A DNA stretch of 64,000 nucleotides from IMG/VR virus record IMGVR_UViG_3300031857_000029, one strand, 5' to 3'. The translations under genes and the position numbers were made by a program. The stretch is from a virus. Numbering within the stretch: position 1 is the stretch's first letter; each line of letters starts with the position of its first letter. The notes below the pieces were generated by a model that did not search any database, was not told the origin of the DNA, and saw only the letters and a list, made by a program, of their open reading frames with translations. This document shows, one piece after another, positions 46,401 through 54,894 of this stretch.

Positions 46401-46604
46401 CCAAAGTCCAACTTTATGATTATCGACGAAGGGTTGGGTACGTTGGATGCCGAAAACCTGACGGCTATGCACACAATGTTCAGTATCTTAAAGGGTCAAT
46501 TCGATTTCTTAGTAGTTATCAGTCACTTGGACATCGCTCGGGATATGGTGGACAAGGTAATTGAAATCAAACGGGAAGACGGTTTCTCGTATATTAATGT
46601 CTAA
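43440..46604 (+). CDS. fused SbcD/Mre11 nuclease - SbcC/Rad50 ATPase (gp47-gp46-like)
   Basis: ADIH, AGD, GNHD, LGDIH then PNASGKSS, zinc hook CNVC, SSGME, IIDEG, ISH in one frame. Confidence 0.92.
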   Translation: MKITVPFTKLRTIAHCADIHIRLFKRHEEYRGAFTTFYEQLRQTDLTDGVIVVAGDILHAKTDMSPEMVELASEFLRNLADIAPTFVIAGNHDLNLSNMNRLDSLTPIIKNLNHQNLHYFKHSDIYQVADIDFAVFSILDDREQWPDVQNCRKNAKKIALYHGPVHGAQTDVKYVITNRHVGVDTFEGYDVVLLGDIHKYQVLQESNPVIVYSSSLIQQNHGESVTGHGWCLWNVEDCTHIFKELPNAYGYYTLELVEGKINFPTDMPKNVRLRLFTGNADTSLVKKTTAALRKRYNVIELSINKNRFNTSSPSYRKGTHLTTDVTNLNTQNSLIQDWIERNHETIDDELMKKIIAVNTKLNAQVNHDDHSRNIHWRPLKFTFSNMFSYGEGNEINFEHMQGLHGVFAPNASGKSSSMDALIFCLYDKTPRAFRGDHIMNNRKDTFECELKFEIDQDIYFIRRTGTRKKTGDVKVDVSFWKENEDGTHTSLNGEDRRDTNANIRNYVGSYEDFVLTALSSQTANALFIDKSHSERKDLLIQFMGLNVFDKLFDTANEECKEISGALKKFKKVDFDQVIADAQTKLEDNKVKHEKVETTITDLKEERDMLDEKLREWQNQKRPVPNITLDMDVLISTLAKSVDQILEYSEGKVDAEKRLEAINTSIKERTQAIVDANIPELRQSVEEYNKLSALLNKGSSALKLTTSKVTEKEKFKTKLESYKYNPDCNVCVENNKSIIEDMESVTHELVDLYELQSKQEDAVNEIKQQMEPLVDKVNLCAHYEKLQNEVQQFQKKAGTVELEIQKLITNIEKCDRQREQTEKDIELFKTNEDNIRHNKEIDMHIGHVEYDINVSKKAMDKLEKQLRELHGEIKVLEATKADVLNQIKEAEELEDTYEAYKYYMEAVGRDGVPYELMSRAIPAIESEINNILTQIAEFTISLEVDGKNILGKLNYDHERIWPLENSSGMERFISSLAIRVALLNASNLPKSNFMIIDEGLGTLDAENLTAMHTMFSILKGQFDFLVVISHLDIARDMVDKVIEIKREDGFSYINV

Positions 46605-46627
46605 CTCAACTATTTATATTGAGTTAG
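46601..46627 (+). promoter_or_regulatory. hairpin with putative late-promoter motif
   Basis: CTAACTCAA-CTATTTATA-TTGAGTTAG. Confidence 0.6.
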
Positions 46628-46645
46628 GACTCTAAACGAGACTGT

Positions 46646-48460
46646 ATGGCAAAGACAAAAAAGACTATACAATTAAAAAATTTAGCACAATATGATGTAT
46701 TGATTGAAGATAGATCTGCGTCTTCTACATATTTTCAAGTAACGAATCTACCACCATCTTTTACTGGTGGTAGAAATTCGTTTTTACTGGCAGGGTCATC
46801 CGCATTAAAATCTGCGTCTAATATTCAAATAGAAATAATAGACGCAGATGGGATACCTATTTTCCAAAATCCAATACAAAAATATGTACAAGGAAATTCT
46901 AGATTAGTTTCCGTAGAAGTGACAGAAAACACAGCTGTTGGGTTTGCTACCATCGTTATATTGGGGCAGGCTACAGTATTACCGAATGGCCAACCAGTAC
47001 CACCGGATTGGCAAAATTCATATAATGTTCGTTGGACTAAACAAATACTAGTAGAGCGAAACTTAAGAAATTCCTCTCCACTTATATTAAGAGACACACC
47101 AACAGTGTTTTCTGAAGAAAATAGATTATATAGTGTATTAACTTCTTCATTTGTAACCGCAAGTACACCGTTTACAGCAAGTTTGACTCCTACACTATAT
47201 TCTGGGTTTCAAATTGGATATACAATTAAAGCAGAGTCACCAACGGTGTTTTCGGAGGATTACTTTGGTGGGTATATAACTGGCTCTATGATTATAGATG
47301 GAATAAGCGCCAGTCTGTATCTACCGATAACAGATGTACTGAATACAACTACAGCATTTAGCACTGGTGAATTAATTAAAACAACAGATGGTCGAATTGT
47401 AGATAAAATTTATTTACGGAGTGGTAGCTATACTACATCATTATTTGGGTCATCATCTGCAATAAAAACCACAGCTCAGTTAGTATATAATACATCAAGT
47501 ATAAAGGATAATCATATTCCTGTGTCGTATGCAAAACTTCGTTTAGTAAATTTGAACACAGTAAGCGGTGAAATATTTAAATTCAAAGTGTACAGTAAAG
47601 TTTCTACTAATCTATCCGATTATAAATTAGTAGCGGAAGTACCGATAGCTACATCTGAATTATTGGTGACCAGTTCTATTCGTGGTAATTTACCAATAGG
47701 TGATTTATATGTAGTACCCACAGCATCAAATTGGTATTCTGATAGACTAGAAACTAGTTCAAATGCGATATATACAATATCAGGATCTGCTGCTTACTAT
47801 AACCCAACAGTTACTAGTATAAATCCGCCAATTACAATGTCTATTACTGATGATGTATTATTGCGGTCACTTCGTTCAGTAATACCGACATTTAACAATA
47901 CAAATTATGCAGGATATGTATCGGCAAGTGGATACTTTATAGGAAATAAAAAATCGGTACAACTATTCCCAACAACAGAATATACCTTGCAATTCGATGC
48001 GGTTTATAAAAAGACAGTTGGAGCGGTAAATTTAACTGGTGTGGACTCAAAGGTTGATATTTATCTTATAGGGGTAGAAGGCACTAAAGTTATTGACAAC
48101 AATCCTTTAGGACAAAAAATCGGTACATTAACTTTACCGAGCGGAGCAGAAACTTATTGGTACCAAGACCAGCAACTTAACTTTACCCCACAATTAGCTG
48201 CGGCTGGAAATGTGGGTATACGATTCGTTGTAAGCAATGGATTCTGGTATTTTTCTGAAATATCATTAAAACCAGCATCGGATAGACTATTTGCACCAGA
48301 TGAAGCACAAATTTTAGTACCAAACACAGAATATTATAATGAATTATTACAACATAAGATAGAATTTTTTGATATCAATAGTAATTCAACAGATATAGCT
48401 ATAGAATCTATTCCTACCTTCTTTACTGGCTCGAATATTGATTTGGGTACAATACCATGA
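46646..48460 (+). CDS. putative virion structural protein
   Basis: Beta-rich, Ser/Thr-rich composition like the tail genes; after the late motif. Confidence 0.6.
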   Translation: MAKTKKTIQLKNLAQYDVLIEDRSASSTYFQVTNLPPSFTGGRNSFLLAGSSALKSASNIQIEIIDADGIPIFQNPIQKYVQGNSRLVSVEVTENTAVGFATIVILGQATVLPNGQPVPPDWQNSYNVRWTKQILVERNLRNSSPLILRDTPTVFSEENRLYSVLTSSFVTASTPFTASLTPTLYSGFQIGYTIKAESPTVFSEDYFGGYITGSMIIDGISASLYLPITDVLNTTTAFSTGELIKTTDGRIVDKIYLRSGSYTTSLFGSSSAIKTTAQLVYNTSSIKDNHIPVSYAKLRLVNLNTVSGEIFKFKVYSKVSTNLSDYKLVAEVPIATSELLVTSSIRGNLPIGDLYVVPTASNWYSDRLETSSNAIYTISGSAAYYNPTVTSINPPITMSITDDVLLRSLRSVIPTFNNTNYAGYVSASGYFIGNKKSVQLFPTTEYTLQFDAVYKKTVGAVNLTGVDSKVDIYLIGVEGTKVIDNNPLGQKIGTLTLPSGAETYWYQDQQLNFTPQLAAAGNVGIRFVVSNGFWYFSEISLKPASDRLFAPDEAQILVPNTEYYNELLQHKIEFFDINSNSTDIAIESIPTFFTGSNIDLGTIP

Positions 48461-51348
48461 AACATTTGACTAACGAACAACTTAGTTTCTTATTGCAATT
48501 TCCAACTGGACACAGACTCCAAGTTGGAGCATTGAGCTATATTGAAAAACATAAAATTCAAGATGTTGATATTTTGTTTGAAGCAACCAAAGCTACACAA
48601 AATATTATTGATGTATTTAATAAGAAATTAGAAGTGTTGGACGAAAAGAAACGAAAGAAGTGTACCATATACCCAACTGATTCTGGAAATAAGATTCGTA
48701 AAAAGTGTAAACAAGCACACACCTGGGGTATTCATTACGCCCCTGTATGGAATCGATATGTTCAACCGGAACCAACCACACCAGACACGGGTACTGATGG
48801 TGGCGCGGATGTAGGTGGTGGAGAAACTGGTGGTGATGCTGGTGGTATAGCAGAACGAAAGGGAATCGCTGGGTCACGATTCACATTCCCAATGTCCATC
48901 GGTCCAGAAAATGATTATCAACAAAAACCACAAGACGAAGCAATGTCTAGTACGGAACGGATGCGGAAATTCAACAAGCGTCATCCTGAAAAAGTTCGTC
49001 AGTACTTGAAAAAGACCCAAGACGACCGTGTAGCTCGTAACCGTGACCGCCGTAAGGCAGTTGAAAAGCACGGTGAAGCTAAGATGAAAAACCACGATGT
49101 GCATCATCCAAATGGTGCAAAGAATGGTAATTGGAAGTTAGCAAAGAAAGACCACGGGCGAGATAAGAAGAACGAGAATATTGAATATGTGTATTTGTCT
49201 GAACTAGCCGAAGGGGTTGTGCCAAATGGTAGTTGGACTCTTATATACGAGGGTGGTGCCGCAGGACATATGGCACACCCATACGAAGATGATTCATTGT
49301 CTTTTACAGATGTAAAGGATATGGTTACCCGTGGACTCGTTGGTGATTTAGGTGCAGAAGAACCAGTGACAGAAAAACTTGACGGTCAAAATATTATGTT
49401 TACCGTTCGAGATGGTCGAGTATATTTCGCTCGTAATAAAGGACAAGTCAAAAACAAAGGTAAAAATGCGCTAGACACGGCTGGTATACGTCAGATGTTT
49501 GCTGGTCGTGGTGATATTGAAAAGGCGTTTACTGGTGCAGCAGAAGACTTACAAAATGCCATAGACGCACTTCCAGAAGAAGAACGTAATAAGATGTTCT
49601 CTGATGGTTCGAAGTTTATGAATGTCGAAATAGTATTTCCGGATACCAAGAACGTTATCCCATATGACAAATCTGTATTGGTGTTTCACGGAACCGTTGA
49701 ATATGACGACGAAGGTAACGAAATCAAGCGGTCAGTCGAAGATGGTCGTGAATTATCTGACCAACTTACTAAGGTTAATGCGCAAAAGCAAAAAACGTTT
49801 GGTATCTCGGGTCCAAAGACTATTAGTTTTAGTGATGCACAAACTGTTGAAAATAAAAATGCATTAAAAAAGATTGGAGCACGTTTAACTCAACTTCAAA
49901 AAGAATATGGTTTAGATGACAAGTCTACCATTGAAGATTATAAGACAAAATGGTGGGAAGATAAGATTATTCAAATCTCACAAGAAACCGGACTCGAATT
50001 CACTAAACAAGAATTTGATGGTATGGTTCGTCGTTGGGCATTAGGCGATAAAAAGTTTAAGGTCGCTGATATTGAAGACCCAGAAAAGAAAAAATGGTTC
50101 CGTCAGTTTGAAGGAAGTGAACTAAAAGCAACACAACGTGAAGCAGTCCGTCCGCTGGAAAGTGTATTCTTACAAGTGGGTGCTATGTCACTTAAGCGGG
50201 TTACCGATTTCTTATCAGCAAATAACCCAGAACTTGCGAATAAGTTGAAAGCTGAAGTATTGGATACCATTAAACAAATTCAGCAAACGGGTGATACAAA
50301 CAAATTAGCTGCGTTACAAATTCAATTAGAACGTTTACAAGATATTGGAATGGACAATATCGTTCCAACCGAAGGTATGGTCTTTATGTATAAGGGTAAG
50401 CCATACAAGTTCACTGGGACATTCGCTCCTGTCAACCAAATTTTGGGTACGTTAAAGTTTGATAAGGGTGAAGCAAAGTTAGTTGACGAACCAAAGGAAA
50501 CTCCAAAAGAAGAACCAACTACAAAACCAGTACAAGGTGAACAACGTACCGTTGCTATCTTTACTGGACGTTTCCAACCATTCCATGCTGGTCACTATAG
50601 TATTTATAAGTCGATGGTAGATAAGTTTGGTAAGGAGAATGTATATATCGCATCAAGTGATAAGACAGAGGCTGGTAAGTCTCCGTTTAAATTTAGTGAT
50701 AAAAAAGAAATAATGACACAGATGTTCGATATTCCAGAAGATATGGTAGTTCAAGTCAAGAATCCATATGCACCAAAAGAAATTTTGGAAAAGCTTCCAC
50801 CAGAGACAGTATATGTAACTGCGGTCAGCCAAAAGGACTCAGAACGGTTGGGTGGTAAGTATTTCCAACCATATGATGAGAAGGGTCCAAAGAAAGGATT
50901 TGCCGACCAAGGATATTTTATGGTCGCTCCAGAATTGGAGGTTGATATTGATGGGAAGAATATAAGTGGTACACAACTTCGTGCAATCTTTGGTAACCCA
51001 AACATTACCGATGAAGTCAAGCAGGAAATCTTCGCAAAGGTGTATGGTAAATTCGACCAAGATATATTCAACAAAGTGGTCAAAACAACTACTAAGTCAG
51101 AAGAAGAATTAAAGATTACCAAGCAATTTGCAGAACCAGAAAAAGCAAAACAAAAACCAGAAGCTCCAATAGAAAAGAAACCACGAGTTAAAAAACCAGT
51201 GGATACCACTACAAGTGATGATGCATCACAATATCAGCCAGGCGAAACGTGGCAAACTGCTGGTGGGAACTTCGGTGGTAAAAATAAAAAGAATCAAATT
51301 AAGTATTTCGGGTCAGAAGAAAAAGCTAAGGCATTTGCAACCAAGTGA
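48457..51348 (+). CDS. multidomain protein: KxDG ligase-like domain plus HIGH-family nucleotidyltransferase
   Basis: GGAAGHMAHPYED...TEKLDGQN...TEGMVF...YKFTG; GRFQPFHAGH...ISGTQLR; small HNH-like HDVHH segment. Confidence 0.65.
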   Translation: MKHLTNEQLSFLLQFPTGHRLQVGALSYIEKHKIQDVDILFEATKATQNIIDVFNKKLEVLDEKKRKKCTIYPTDSGNKIRKKCKQAHTWGIHYAPVWNRYVQPEPTTPDTGTDGGADVGGGETGGDAGGIAERKGIAGSRFTFPMSIGPENDYQQKPQDEAMSSTERMRKFNKRHPEKVRQYLKKTQDDRVARNRDRRKAVEKHGEAKMKNHDVHHPNGAKNGNWKLAKKDHGRDKKNENIEYVYLSELAEGVVPNGSWTLIYEGGAAGHMAHPYEDDSLSFTDVKDMVTRGLVGDLGAEEPVTEKLDGQNIMFTVRDGRVYFARNKGQVKNKGKNALDTAGIRQMFAGRGDIEKAFTGAAEDLQNAIDALPEEERNKMFSDGSKFMNVEIVFPDTKNVIPYDKSVLVFHGTVEYDDEGNEIKRSVEDGRELSDQLTKVNAQKQKTFGISGPKTISFSDAQTVENKNALKKIGARLTQLQKEYGLDDKSTIEDYKTKWWEDKIIQISQETGLEFTKQEFDGMVRRWALGDKKFKVADIEDPEKKKWFRQFEGSELKATQREAVRPLESVFLQVGAMSLKRVTDFLSANNPELANKLKAEVLDTIKQIQQTGDTNKLAALQIQLERLQDIGMDNIVPTEGMVFMYKGKPYKFTGTFAPVNQILGTLKFDKGEAKLVDEPKETPKEEPTTKPVQGEQRTVAIFTGRFQPFHAGHYSIYKSMVDKFGKENVYIASSDKTEAGKSPFKFSDKKEIMTQMFDIPEDMVVQVKNPYAPKEILEKLPPETVYVTAVSQKDSERLGGKYFQPYDEKGPKKGFADQGYFMVAPELEVDIDGKNISGTQLRAIFGNPNITDEVKQEIFAKVYGKFDQDIFNKVVKTTTKSEEELKITKQFAEPEKAKQKPEAPIEKKPRVKKPVDTTTSDDASQYQPGETWQTAGGNFGGKNKKNQIKYFGSEEKAKAFATK

Positions 51349-51354
51349 GGTTAT

Positions 51355-51960
51355 ATGTTTAAAAATGAAGAAGCATTAAATGATGTTCGTAAGAAAGTAG
51401 CAGAAAAGTTAAATAAAGACGGAAACAGACTAGTCTTTGGTTGGAGAGGAGAGGCTGAACCCACTCGTAAAGAAGGTGATGTGTGGGAAGATGTCAATGG
51501 TAAAAAGTGGACTGTAAAAAATGGTATTCGTCAAACTGTAACTAAGTTAGACGATGCTAAAACTCCACATTGGTGTCCTAAATGTAGTAAGCCAATGAAT
51601 CACCGGTTTGATATCAAGTTCTGGCGTATCCGTGGTCATTGTTATGACTGTAATATCAAATTAGAAACAGAGCTTCGTCGTCAAGGTAAGTGGAAAGATT
51701 TCGAACAAAAAATGATGCTACGCAATTATATCTCAGCGGCAAAAGACAGACTCCAAGAATTACAACATTACCTCGACAATCTCAGTAAACCAGAATATCT
51801 GCTAATGAATGAGCATGAAAAAACTGTATTGATGTTTGAAAAGTGGGATATTGATTTAGACACTGTAAGAAAAGATTTAACGGATGAAATTGAATTAATC
51901 AAAAAAAATTTGGCAGAAACCATAGAACAGTACGGTACTGGAGAAGATAATGAAACTTAA
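51355..51960 (+). CDS. hypothetical zinc-binding protein
   Basis: CPKC...CYDC. Confidence 0.65.
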   Translation: MFKNEEALNDVRKKVAEKLNKDGNRLVFGWRGEAEPTRKEGDVWEDVNGKKWTVKNGIRQTVTKLDDAKTPHWCPKCSKPMNHRFDIKFWRIRGHCYDCNIKLETELRRQGKWKDFEQKMMLRNYISAAKDRLQELQHYLDNLSKPEYLLMNEHEKTVLMFEKWDIDLDTVRKDLTDEIELIKKNLAETIEQYGTGEDNET

Positions 51961-52546
51961 GCTGTTAGGATTATTACTAGCATTTGCAGGAGTTTTATAT
52001 TGGCAAGACTCCACCAGCGATGACGCAATGGACAAGTACATTGAAGAGTACAAACAATTTCAAGCAAAAGCAGATTCGGTCACTGAATTGGCAGATAGTT
52101 TGAAAGTAGAGATTACTATCGCAGATAATGAATCTCGTGCCGCAGAAAGTCGTGCAAAAGTATTAGGTAGTCAAGTTAATTCATTGAAAAATGAAACTTT
52201 GAGTATGGAAGAACGAGCAGAAGTAATGAAGGAAACGCTTCTTGACACATTAGAACTAGCTCGTCAAGTATTACCATTAAAAGACTCGATTATTGCAAAG
52301 CAAAAGGAAACCATTACTGCACAAGGTACACAAGTCACAGAACTTGAAAGTGCATTACAAAGTAAGGATACTGCATTAAAGTTAGCACTAATGCGCGGTG
52401 ATAGTCTTCAAATGGTGGTCAACCTTATTCCACCTGCCCCAAAAAATCCTAACCGCATGTTTGGATTTAAGTTACCAAGTCGTAAGGCATCGTTTGCAGT
52501 TGGTTTAGCAATGGGACTTGGAGCGGGGATTCTTGTAATCAAGTAG
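51950..52546 (+). CDS. coiled-coil protein with N- and C-terminal hydrophobic anchors
   Basis: LLGLLLAFAGVLYW ... FAVGLAMGLGAGILVI. Confidence 0.7.
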   Translation: MKLKLLGLLLAFAGVLYWQDSTSDDAMDKYIEEYKQFQAKADSVTELADSLKVEITIADNESRAAESRAKVLGSQVNSLKNETLSMEERAEVMKETLLDTLELARQVLPLKDSIIAKQKETITAQGTQVTELESALQSKDTALKLALMRGDSLQMVVNLIPPAPKNPNRMFGFKLPSRKASFAVGLAMGLGAGILVIK

Positions 52547-52553
52547 AGGTTTT

Positions 52554-54143
52554 ATGAACGCAACATCACAACAGTTACGTGACAAAATTAAAGAAGAGTT
52601 TAAGAAATGTGCAGTAGACCCGGCATACTTCTTATCACGGTATTCATACATTCAACACCCAATCCGTGGTCGGGTGTTGTTTGATTTATACCATTATCAG
52701 AAAGATGCACTGAAAGATTTTGAGAACTGTGATTATAATATCGTTCTGAAAGGTCGTCAGATTGGTATTTCCACATTAGTCGCGGGATACTCATTGTGGT
52801 TGATGCTATTTCACAAAGATAAAAACATTCTTGTTATCGCAACCAAGCAAGAAACTGCAAAGAACTTGGTGACAAAGGTTAAGTTCATGCATCAAAATCT
52901 TCCAGTATGGTTACGGGGTAACGTCATTACAGACAATAAGTTATCATTACAATTTGGTAACGGGTCACAGATTAAAGCAGTTGCCTCCAGTCCCGACGCC
53001 GGCCGTTCTGAAGCACTGTCTCTTCTCATTCTTGACGAAGCTGCATTTATTGACGCAGCAGATATTATTTGGACCGCAGCATCCAGTACATTGTCAACGG
53101 GTGGTAAAGCAATTCTATTGTCTACGCCAAACGGTGTTGGTAACTTCTTCCATAAAATGTGGCAACAAGCAGAGACAAATGCCAATAATTTTAATACTAT
53201 CTTATTAGATTGGAAAGTTCACCCAGAACGTGACCAAGCATGGCGTGACCGCCAAACAGAACTGATGGGTGAACTACAAGCAATTCAAGAACATGATGCA
53301 TCATTCATATTCTCCGGTAATACGGTTATCCCTGCAGAAATCATAGAGTTTTATAAATCGTCGTTTGTTCAAGAACCAATATCTAAAGAAGGATTTGATG
53401 GAAATCTTTGGATATGGGAATATCCTAGTCCGTCTAAAACTTATATTGTTTGCGCAGACGTTGCCCGCGGAGATGGTGAGGATTATTCAACTTTCCATGT
53501 AATTGATGTAGAAACCTCTACCCAAGTCGCAGAGTACAAGGGAAAAGTAGAAACTAAGCAGTTTGGAAATATGTTGGTGTCTATCGCAACACAGTATAAT
53601 GACGCACTCCTTATCCCAGATAACAGTAGTATTGGATGGAACGCAATTCAGCAGATTATTGACCGTGGGTATCGTAATCTGTTCTATATGTCCAGAGACT
53701 TACAATATGTAGATGTTGAACATCAATTGAATAGAAAGTATTTGAAAGAAGATAAGATGAGTTCATTGGTGCCTGGGTTTATGATATCCCAAAGAACCAG
53801 GCCATTGATTATCGCCAGATTAAAAGAATATATGTTAGATAATTCATTTACTATTCGGTCAAGTCGAATGGTTGCAGAGTTGGAAACATTTATTTGGAAG
53901 AATGGCCGGCCAGAAGCATTGGGCGGGTATAATGACGACTTGGTATTAGCACTTTGTATAGGTCTGTGGGTACGAGACACCGCCTTAAGATTACGCCAAG
54001 AGGGCATAGAATTGACCAAATTAGCGTTAGATAACACAAAATATCAGATGGGAAGTATGGTATATACAGACAAGAATTTAACTCATAATCCATATGAGAT
54101 GCAAATTGGTCAGGAAAAAGAGAATTTACGGTGGTTACTGTAA
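52554..54143 (+). CDS. terL: terminase large subunit (gp17-like)
   Basis: KGRQIGIST, LILDEAAF, STPNG, ADVARG..DYS, NDDLV. Confidence 0.95.
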   Translation: MNATSQQLRDKIKEEFKKCAVDPAYFLSRYSYIQHPIRGRVLFDLYHYQKDALKDFENCDYNIVLKGRQIGISTLVAGYSLWLMLFHKDKNILVIATKQETAKNLVTKVKFMHQNLPVWLRGNVITDNKLSLQFGNGSQIKAVASSPDAGRSEALSLLILDEAAFIDAADIIWTAASSTLSTGGKAILLSTPNGVGNFFHKMWQQAETNANNFNTILLDWKVHPERDQAWRDRQTELMGELQAIQEHDASFIFSGNTVIPAEIIEFYKSSFVQEPISKEGFDGNLWIWEYPSPSKTYIVCADVARGDGEDYSTFHVIDVETSTQVAEYKGKVETKQFGNMLVSIATQYNDALLIPDNSSIGWNAIQQIIDRGYRNLFYMSRDLQYVDVEHQLNRKYLKEDKMSSLVPGFMISQRTRPLIIARLKEYMLDNSFTIRSSRMVAELETFIWKNGRPEALGGYNDDLVLALCIGLWVRDTALRLRQEGIELTKLALDNTKYQMGSMVYTDKNLTHNPYEMQIGQEKENLRWLL

Positions 54144-54195
54144 ATACATTATACTTATATAGTAGTGTCTTTATATACTATTTTTGAGGCAAAGT

Positions 54196-54894
54196 ATGAA
54201 AAAAGAAGAACTTAAACAAATGATTCGGGAAGAACTCAAATCAGTATTAAGTGAACAGGCCTATCAATGGTGGATGAAACCAGCTGAAGCAGAAACGCCG
54301 GACGCCCATTTAAATCCAAGTCAAGTTCACGAAGATGTCGAAGATTCTGTAAATGAAGATGAATACGATAAAAAGCGTGACCAACACCCATATTGGGGGC
54401 AAACTGGTCGTCCATATACCCCAAAATCATACGGTAAACCAAAAACTCCGGCAAAGAGTTTTCGCCAAGTATTTACAAGAGCTTTGGTTGCAACAAAAAT
54501 CAAATATAAAGATGCTGAAGGAAAGGAACACGAAGCTACGGTGTCATCTTTATTGAAGTATCCAAAAGACCATCCTGGATATAAAGCAGCTGCCAGATTA
54601 TATGCATCTAGTATGGCACGAGCACCAAAAGATGAAGGTGTATGTGAAGGAGAGGGGTGTTTAGACGAAAAGTCAGTTCCCCAACCATACAACCGTAAAA
54701 GTGCTCGTAAAATGAGTAGATCTCAAGTAGAACTTCGTAAAAAAATTGGTCAAGCTATGATGCGAGATGAAAAGAAGGTCAGTAAGTTCCGTAAAAAGTA
54801 TGGTGACGAATGGAAAGACTATCTTTGGGCATCAGCATCAGCCGCAGCATTCAGACAAAGTGGTGGTAAAAGTGATGATAAGCGGAAAAAATAA
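54196..54894 (+). CDS. putative internal head protein
   Basis: After TACTTATA (54152-54159); modular segments delimited by hydrophobic-x-E. Confidence 0.55.
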   Translation: MKKEELKQMIREELKSVLSEQAYQWWMKPAEAETPDAHLNPSQVHEDVEDSVNEDEYDKKRDQHPYWGQTGRPYTPKSYGKPKTPAKSFRQVFTRALVATKIKYKDAEGKEHEATVSSLLKYPKDHPGYKAAARLYASSMARAPKDEGVCEGEGCLDEKSVPQPYNRKSARKMSRSQVELRKKIGQAMMRDEKKVSKFRKKYGDEWKDYLWASASAAAFRQSGGKSDDKRKK

